Below the pieces are notes generated by a model, which saw nothing but the letters and a program-made list of their open reading frames with translations, was not told where the DNA came from and made no database searches. Source: an uncultured Methanomicrobiaceae archaeon (GTDB lineage: Archaea; Halobacteriota; Methanomicrobia; Methanomicrobiales; Methanoculleaceae). Taken from it: a stretch of 64,000 nt of DNA. Positions 56,947 to 64,000 of this stretch are shown piece after piece (the stretch's first letter is position 1; each line of letters opens with the position of its first letter). The stretch covers positions 192,001 to 256,000 of the forward strand of contig CAWGXH010000004.1 in NCBI GenBank assembly GCA_963826525.1, written 5' to 3'. The position numbers and the translations under genes were made by a program.

Positions 56947-57898
56947 CGTCTGATATTTTTGAGAACGGAATGCTCCCGGCACCGATCTCCGTTCGAAGCT
57001 GATGCCCCTTCTCGATGGCGTTTCCAATAAGGTTCATCCCGCTGAAGGCGACAATGGGGAGCCGGTACGGGTGTTCCCGCAGGTTGAATGCTCCAATCCC
57101 GATGCCGGCGGGGAAGACAAAACCGCACACCTTCATCTGGTCGATGATCTGCTCCACCTGGCCCCTCGCGGCGACGGGAACGTCACGGATATTTGCAAGG
57201 GCAACGCCGCATTTCGCATTGACCAGGCGGTTAATCGACGTAAGACCCGCAGATATGAAGAGCTGTAGTGGGTCGATGCTGGTTCCCCGGTAGCCAATCA
57301 GGTCGATGAACTCGGCGGTCGATCCCTCTTTGACGGCAAGCCGTCCGGCATATTCAAGACGGGTGGGAATTCCCCCCTTCTGCATCACTCCGTCAAGGGT
57401 CACGCTGCAGACGGTGATGATGCCGATGTCCCCGTCCGGTACCCGCGGGTCGGTATCGACGATTCGGTACGAATCAAAAAAACCGCATTCAGCCCGGATA
57501 ACCTCGTCGAATGCTCCGGTCACACCCTCGAGTTGCTCCTCAGGTACGATGGTGAGGTTGTAGGCGACATTTCCGGTGCAGGTCAGCGGATCGAAGTTAC
57601 TCCTGAATGCGAGCCGTTCCAGCTTCGAGATAATAAAACCGATACGCTCGTCAACGAGTGCGCTCTCGGTCTCCGCCGTTCCCTGTTCGGTGAGGACGCG
57701 GCCGCGGTTTCCCACCTTAAGGGTGAACCCCATCTCGTCCAGGTAGCGGAGGTAGTACTGGACGGCCCTGTCGCTCAGGATGAAGCCCCGTTCGGCCATC
57801 AGCTCGCTGAGCCGTTTTGCACCCATCGGTTCGTGGGATTCTTTGAGGATCCGGAGAATCTCGAGATATTTCCGTTCGGATCGAAGGGACATGCTCAT
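56939..57898 (-). CDS. NrpR-family regulator (wHTH + single DUF128/NRD domain)
   Basis: EILRIL..PMGAKRLS, RAVQYYL, TVCSVTLDG, FSGMN. Confidence 0.85.
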   Translation of the reverse strand: MSMSLRSERKYLEILRILKESHEPMGAKRLSELMAERGFILSDRAVQYYLRYLDEMGFTLKVGNRGRVLTEQGTAETESALVDERIGFIISKLERLAFRSNFDPLTCTGNVAYNLTIVPEEQLEGVTGAFDEVIRAECGFFDSYRIVDTDPRVPDGDIGIITVCSVTLDGVMQKGGIPTRLEYAGRLAVKEGSTAEFIDLIGYRGTSIDPLQLFISAGLTSINRLVNAKCGVALANIRDVPVAARGQVEQIIDQMKVCGFVFPAGIGIGAFNLREHPYRLPIVAFSGMNLIGNAIEKGHQLRTEIGAGSIPFSKISDAR

Positions 57899-58320
57899 CG
57901 TGTCTGCACCGTACCCTTGCTGTCCTGATACCTTCCCTCGTAGAGCAGGGCGCCGTTTAACACAGTCTGCAGTATCATCTGCACCACCCGGTCTTCCCGC
58001 TTGAGGGGGATGTCGTCGTCGCCCGCATTAACGAGGCAGAGCGTCAGCTCTCCGCGGAAACCAGGATCTACGAATCCACCGCCGAGGAGAGCGCCCCTCC
58101 TTGCAAACGACGATCTGCACCGCAGTGTCGCCGCGATATCAGCCGGAAGCTCCACCCGTTCAATGCTGTGCACCAGCGTGCACGCACCCTTCCGGAGCAC
58201 CGTATCCTCGGCAGCGCGGAGGTCGTATGATGCCGGTTGCTGCGATGCCGGGTTGTACGGCTGGATGACGAGGTCTCCGCCCTGAAGGCGGCGGAGGGTC
58301 TCTTGTGCTGAAAGGATCAT
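57895..58320 (-). CDS. dcd: dCTP deaminase / dUTPase family
   Basis: QPASYDLR, RSSFARRG, VDPGFRGELT, YEGRYQ. Confidence 0.9.
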   Translation of the reverse strand: MILSAQETLRRLQGGDLVIQPYNPASQQPASYDLRAAEDTVLRKGACTLVHSIERVELPADIAATLRCRSSFARRGALLGGGFVDPGFRGELTLCLVNAGDDDIPLKREDRVVQMILQTVLNGALLYEGRYQDSKGTVQTR

Positions 58321-58375
58321 CTTATATTGTAATCGCAAGAAAACGCTTAATATCTTCTGATAGAAATCTATGTGG

Positions 58376-58447
58376 GGATCCATAGGGTAGAGGATATCCT
58401 CTTGGGCTTCGAACCCAAGGACGCGGGTTCGATTCCCGCTGGGTCCG
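58376..58447 (+). tRNA. tRNA-Arg(TCG), intronless, CCA not encoded
   Basis: Acceptor GGATCCA/TGGGTCC, anticodon arm TTGGG-CTTCGAA-CCCAA, T arm GCGGG-TTCGATT-CCCGC. Confidence 0.95.
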
Positions 58448-58600
58448 TTATCTTTTGAAGAGCCGTTCGCTGAGAACCGGCTTGTTTTCCAAAAAATTAC
58501 TCCATTCTGTCCGTTCGACCCACACCCGGTTTCCGCCTCCCGCTGCAGGACGGACGGGCAGATCCGATCTAAAAAGAGAGATTTACCTATCTCCCATCCG

Positions 58601-61600
58601 TCACTGGATCTGGATATAAGCGCGGGAGAGATCCTTCACCCTCACCGGGCCATTCGTGACCCACGAGTCCGGGGCATCGGGAGCAGTGGCATACACTTTA
58701 AACGAGTAATTGCCGGCGGGCATGTCGCGAACGTCGGCCTGGAAGGTATCTTTGTCCTGCGTCGAACCGAGGTATACCCATTTGACGCAGTCAGTCTGCT
58801 GATAGTAGATGTCCTCGGTAACGGTTGCCGCCCCGTTGTAGGCGAGATCCCACGCAAGGGGCAGGAAGTCGTAGACCGGTTCCGTGCCGGTGAACTGCAG
58901 GTTCGAGACATTCAGGGCAGCCAAACCAATGGGCGGCGCATCTCCGTCGGGGAGCGCCGTCACGTAGACCGCCGGCAGGTTCAGCAGTTCGGTGCCGTTA
59001 TCAAAGCCTATGGTGGATCCGGATCCGAAGAGATCGATGTTCCCAGCCATCAGTACCTTCAGCCGGAAGGCCGCCTCCCAGACCTGACCGACTTTTATCG
59101 TGCCGGCATCAAAGTGCAGCTGCCGATCGGTGTTCCAGCTCTCCGTGTCGTCCCGGGTGGAAATATTGGTATCGCCCTTGTAGTAGTTCGTTATCCGGGT
59201 TGAGTCTGGAGGGGCGTAGACGTACTCAAGCACCTTGTCACCGGACCATTGGATGCTGTTCACCCTGACATTCTCAAAGGTGAGATTCATCGTGGTATTC
59301 ACGCTTGCTTCCTCTTTCAGGAGCAAGAGAATATTGTTGAGCGCCTCTTCAAGCTCCGAAGCGCTTTCGGCCATGAAGTACTGGCCACCGGTCTGGTCGG
59401 CAAGACCCTTGGGAACGGCTTCTGATCTTGGGAATTGCCCCACCCGTAGTAGATAGGGTAGATTATGATACCATTATCACTCGCGTACTTTGCCATATTT
59501 TCGCTGTTGGTGTCGTTGAATGCGAAATAATCGCTACCACCCGGGCGGAGCGTACCCGCGTCGGGCTGGACGATCATCTCACTTCCCCTGTCCGAACGGG
59601 TCGCCGAAGTAGCAGTATTTGTTCTGCATCAGGACGACGACTGCTTTGACGGTATCCGGCCTTTCTTCCTCGACGAGGTGCGTGATCGCGGTGTGGAGCC
59701 CCTTCCGGAGCGGTGTTGCAACCGTCCCCTGATCCATCCGTTTGGCCGGAACGATATCCCAGAGTTCGGTTTTGATATCCATCCAGGTTCCGCTGTCAAG
59801 CGGCTTTTTCACTTCGGCAAAATCCAGATACTGAATGTTGTTATTGCCGGGATAGTACTGGGCAATCGCTATATCGTCATCGTGCCCGTTGCCGTCCTTG
59901 GCAAGGTCTTTCTTCCAGTTGTAATTGCTTAAGAGGTTCAGCAGCTCGACATCGCCGTTCACGAACGGGGTGGTATGCTCCGGCGTGTCTACCGATACAT
60001 CCCCGAAGGTCACCAGGGCGGCACGATTGTCGCCGAGCGAGAGAGCCTCGGTGAAGTTCCACGCCGCTTCCCGGGCACAGATCATACGATCGCGTTCCAT
60101 CTCCGGGTCGTCCCGGAGCATATCTTCTCCCCGGTCGATGCAGAACACGACATCGATCGGCAGCATCTGCTGCACCACCCACCCGTCCCCCCGGAGGCGA
60201 ATGGTCACGTCGATGGTATCGTTCACCTCGACCGTTTCAGGAGAGACGGACGTCTCGACGGAGAGGTAGGGATAGTTCTTCCAGGTAAGGGTGACGTTCC
60301 TCGTGAGAGAGCCCCAGGTAGCGACGACATCGCAGGTGCCGCTTGCGGTCCCACTGTAGTCTGCAGCCGTGGGAACAGTGGTGAATGCACCGGGCCGGAA
60401 TGTGACGAATGCATAGCCATTCTCATCGGTGACACCACTTGTGGAAGAGATCTCAGGGTCTGCCGTCACGTTGTATCCTCCGTCGTCGCTAGCAGGGATA
60501 GCAAAGCCAATGATCTCGCCCTTGACCGGATTTCCCCTGACGTCGACGACTTTCGCCCTGACGGTTGCGGCGATTGAGTCGTTCACATCACGGCTCGCCA
60601 TGACGCTAGGGTTCGCGGAGAGCATCATATCCACCGGATCGGAGCTCACAAACTCGATATTTGCAGAACCGGAGACAACAGTATCGGTTACCTCCCCGGC
60701 GGTTGCCGTTATCGTGACCGGGCCAATCTTCAGCGTGGGGCCATAACTGACGATTACCTGGCCGTAGGAGTTCGTGCGGGTCGTGGTCGTGGTAGTTTCA
60801 CGCGATTCCGTGATGGTGAGCGGGCAGTCCGAGACGGCATTACCGAACTGATCGTGCACGACAAATGCCATGAAGAATTTGCTCGTCCCGTCGGCAGGCA
60901 GGACCGCCGGGTTTACTTCGACGTATGCCGTAATACTCGCGGGGTTCCCGTGTGAGACACCCAGAACGGTCAGCGATGTACCTCTTGAGATTCTCAGGAG
61001 GATAGATCATCACGTAATTCTCGCCCGACACCTGATCGACCCTGAGCGTGACGGTGGCGTTTCCTTCCGCGTCCACCTCCTGAGTAAGGGTATCAACATA
61101 CGTCAGCCCGTTCCAGAAACCTGCGGTGTCGCCGACCGATCCGACGGTGAAGAGCACCGTCTCGGCACCATTTTGGTCGTCGACGGAGTTGCCGTAGCAG
61201 TCGACCAGCCGGACCGTCACGGTCGTCGTCTCCCCGATCGCCACTTCCGGCGTATACGCCGTCATGGCTATCTGATAGGGTGCGGCGTGGTCGATAGATA
61301 CGGTGCATGTCCCCCGCGGCACCTCGAATCCCCCACCGACCCGCGCCGTAATCACTGCGGTGCCGCTCACGGTTCCCGGCGTGAACACTGCGGCGGCGTG
61401 ACCCTCTGCATCGGTGACCCCGGTCACCACCGTGATGCTGCCAAGCCCCGTATCGCTCTCGAAGGTCACCGGGAGTCCCGGCACCGGGGTGCTGCCGTTC
61501 AGCACCGTGGCGGTGACGACGGCACCCTCGCTCCCGCCGGCAACCACCCAGTCCGGACTTCCGGTCACGGTGACCTGATCCGGGATCAGCGCTGCCGCGG

Positions 61601-61655
61601 GCGGCACCAGCAGCATGGCACCGAGCAGAAGATACCCCACTATCCAATACCTCAT
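58601..61655 (-). CDS. Large secreted Big-1/invasin Ig-like + VWA-like surface protein, copy 1 (several indels)
   Basis: Signal peptide MRYWIVGYLLLGAMLLVPPAAA; VTDAEGHA/TDENGYA Ig repeats; PIDVVFCIDRG, AITHL, LADQTGGQYF; pieced from ORFs 60840-61724, 59579-60871, 59317-59577 and 58601-59443. Confidence 0.8.
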
Positions 61656-61919
61656 AGAATTCAATCCCCCAGAAGTCTCTACAACTATAAATATATTTCC
61701 CAGAAAGGGGAGCGAGCATGGCAATTCGTTACCGGATTATGATGCTCTAAACTCATTGTCAGACAAAACGGAGGAACTGCGTCACCGGAGTAATTATTCT
61801 TTCGGAACTGAACGCCGGAGCACCTGAACTCGTGCCGAGAGGAAAAGGATATCTCTAAAGGACTGCGATTGAGCACCCGGTGCGGCCGGGAAGTGTTGCT
61901 AAAAAAAGAGGAGGAGGAT

Positions 61920-64000
61920 TCAGCGGATCCGGATCTTCGCCTGGTCCTGCAAACCCACCTGTACCGGCGACGTGAGCTGTGCCCAGGCATCCGGGGCATC
62001 AGGAGCCGTGGCATACACTTTAAACGAGTAATTGCCGGCGGGCATGTCGCGGACGTCGGCCTGGTAGGTATCGTCCGGTGTCGAGTTGTCGGCAGCCTTC
62101 GAACCGAGGTATACCCATTTGACGCCGTCATTCTGATAGTAGATGTCCTCGGTAACAGATGCCGTCCCGTTGTAGGCGAGATCCCACGCAAGAGGCAGGA
62201 AGTCGTAGATCGGTTCCATCCCGGTGAACTGCAGGTTCGAAACCTTCAGGGCAGCCAAACCAACCGGCGTGGCGTCTCCGCCGGGGAGCGCCGTCACGTA
62301 GATCGCCGGCAGGTTCAGCGATTCGGTGCCGTTGTTGAAGTGTATGGCGGATCCGGATCCGAAGAGATCGATGTTCCCGTCCGTCAGCACCTTCAGCCGG
62401 AAGGTCGTCTCCCAGACCTGGCCTACCTTTATCGTGCCGGCATCAAAGTGCAGCTGTCTGGTCACTGTTCCAGCTCTCCGTGTCGTCCCGTGCGTACGCC
62501 GGGATGATATCGCCAGCTGCTGTTGTAACTCCATATCCGGGTCGAGTCCGGAGGGGCGTAGACGTACTCAAGCACCTCGTCACCAGGTCTCGGCTCGCTG
62601 TTCACGCTGACATTCTCAAAGGTGATATCCATCGCGGTATTCACGCTTGCTTCATCTCTCAGGATCGAAAGAATATCGCTGAGTGCCTCTTCAAGCTCCG
62701 AAGATCTGTCGGCCATGAAGTACTGGCCACCGGTCTGACCAGCAAGGTTCCGGGGAACGTCTTCTTCAGCTGTGGAGCTGCTACTCGAGTAGTAGATAGG
62801 AAAGATCAGGATACCATTGTCGCTCGCGTACCGGGCCATATTTTCACTGTTGTTGTCGTCGAATGCGAAATAATCGCTACCACCCGCGGGGAGATTCTTA
62901 TCGTCGGGGTCGCAGGTCATCGCACTCCCCCCGGTATCCGGGCCGAACGGATCGCCGAAGTAACAGTGCTTGTTCTGCATCAGGACGACGACCGCTTTGA
63001 CGGCATCCGGCCTTCCTTCCTCGACCAGGTGCGTGATCGCGGTGTGCAGCCCCTTCCGGAGCGGTGCGGTGGCCTCTCCGGTCTTTTCCCTGTTGATCGG
63101 AACGATATCCCCAAGTTCGGTTTTGATATCCATCCAGGTTCCGCTGTCAAGCGGCTTTTTCACTTCGGCAAAATCCAGGTATTGGATCCTGCTATTACCG
63201 GGATAGTATGATGCGACCGCTATCTCGTCATCTTGCGCGTTACCGTCCTTGGCAAGGTTTTTCTTCCAGTTGTAGTTCGTTTGAAAGGGTCAGCAGGTCG
63301 ACATAGCCATTCACGAAACGGGGTGGCATGCTGCGGCGTAGCTACCGACGTGTCCCCGAACGTCACCAGAGCGGCACGATTGTTGCCGAGCGAGAGAAAG
63401 TCGGTGAAGTTCCACGCCGCGTCCCGGGCATAGATCATACGATCGCATCCCGCCTTCTCGTCGGCCGTATCGTTCAGGAGCATATCTTCTCCCCGGTCGA
63501 TACAGAGCACGACATCGATCGGCAGCATCTGCTGCACCACCCACCCGTCTCCCCGGAGGCGGATGGTCACGTCGATGGTATCGTTCACCTCCACCGTCTC
63601 AGGGGAGACCGACGTCTCGACGGAGAGGTACGGGTAGTTCTTCCAGGTAAGGGCGACATTCCGGGTGATAGAGCCCCAGGTGGCGACGACGTCACAGGTG
63701 CCGGTGGCGGCCCCGCTGTAGCCATCATCCAGGATATTAGTAGTGAATGCACCGGGCCTGAACGTGACGAACGCATAGCCGTTCTCGTCGGTGACACTGC
63801 TCGTCGAAGAGAGAACAGGGCTTGCCGTTGCGTTGTACTCCCCGGTCTCGAGATCTGCGGTGGCAAAGTGAACGGTCTCGTTTCGGACAGGATTCCCCCT
63901 GGCGTCGACGACTTTCGCCCTGACGGTTGCGGTGATCGAGTCGTTCACATCACGGCTCGCCATGACCCCGGGGTTGGCCGAGAGCACCATATCCACCGGA
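61920..64000 (-). CDS. Ig-like + VWA-like surface protein, copy 2 (5' end outside window; indels)
   Basis: Colinear paralog of 58601-61655 (ORFs 63220-63996, 62462-63163, 61920-62534). Confidence 0.8.

Noticed and set aside
58601-64000. Diversity-generating retroelement TR/VR pair, or a tRNA-integrated island
   Set aside because: Differences between the paralogs are not adenine-specific and span the whole gene; no reverse transcriptase, integrase or duplicated tRNA 3' end is visible in the window.

Overview
This is core chromosome of a hydrogenotrophic methanogen, almost certainly Methanomicrobiales. That assignment rests on the duplicated mtrA with an mtrA-mtrG fusion, the hdrCBA-mvhD-fwdDBAC-mcrBDCGA-mtr gene order and the high GC. 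Left to right: a ~19 kb methanogenesis cluster, a SelB/EF-Tu-like gene, a BtuCD-type corrinoid ABC importer, and a corrupted stretch (~22950-26800, including a 487-nt poly-A) hiding beta-propeller surface-protein genes. Next come an ECF importer, ilvA/tdcB, an HDAC-family gene and the S10-spc ribosomal protein operon (minus strand). The right end holds tfx, mtd, an aldehyde dehydrogenase, a GalT-like gene, mer, a CetZ-like tubulin, an NrpR-family regulator, dcd, tRNA-Arg(TCG) and two tandem Ig-like/VWA surface-protein paralogs. Many essential genes carry single-base frameshifts, so this looks like an unpolished long read, and I treat those frameshifts as errors rather than pseudogenes. The two strongest novelty candidates are: (1) an apparently leaderless 30-codon uORF ending W-R-P-W-stop plus a U-tract, directly upstream of a TrpP-like ECF importer whose ~950 residues contain no Trp, suggesting archaeal tryptophan attenuation; (2) a ~700-nt densely structured non-coding leader upstream of rpl3.
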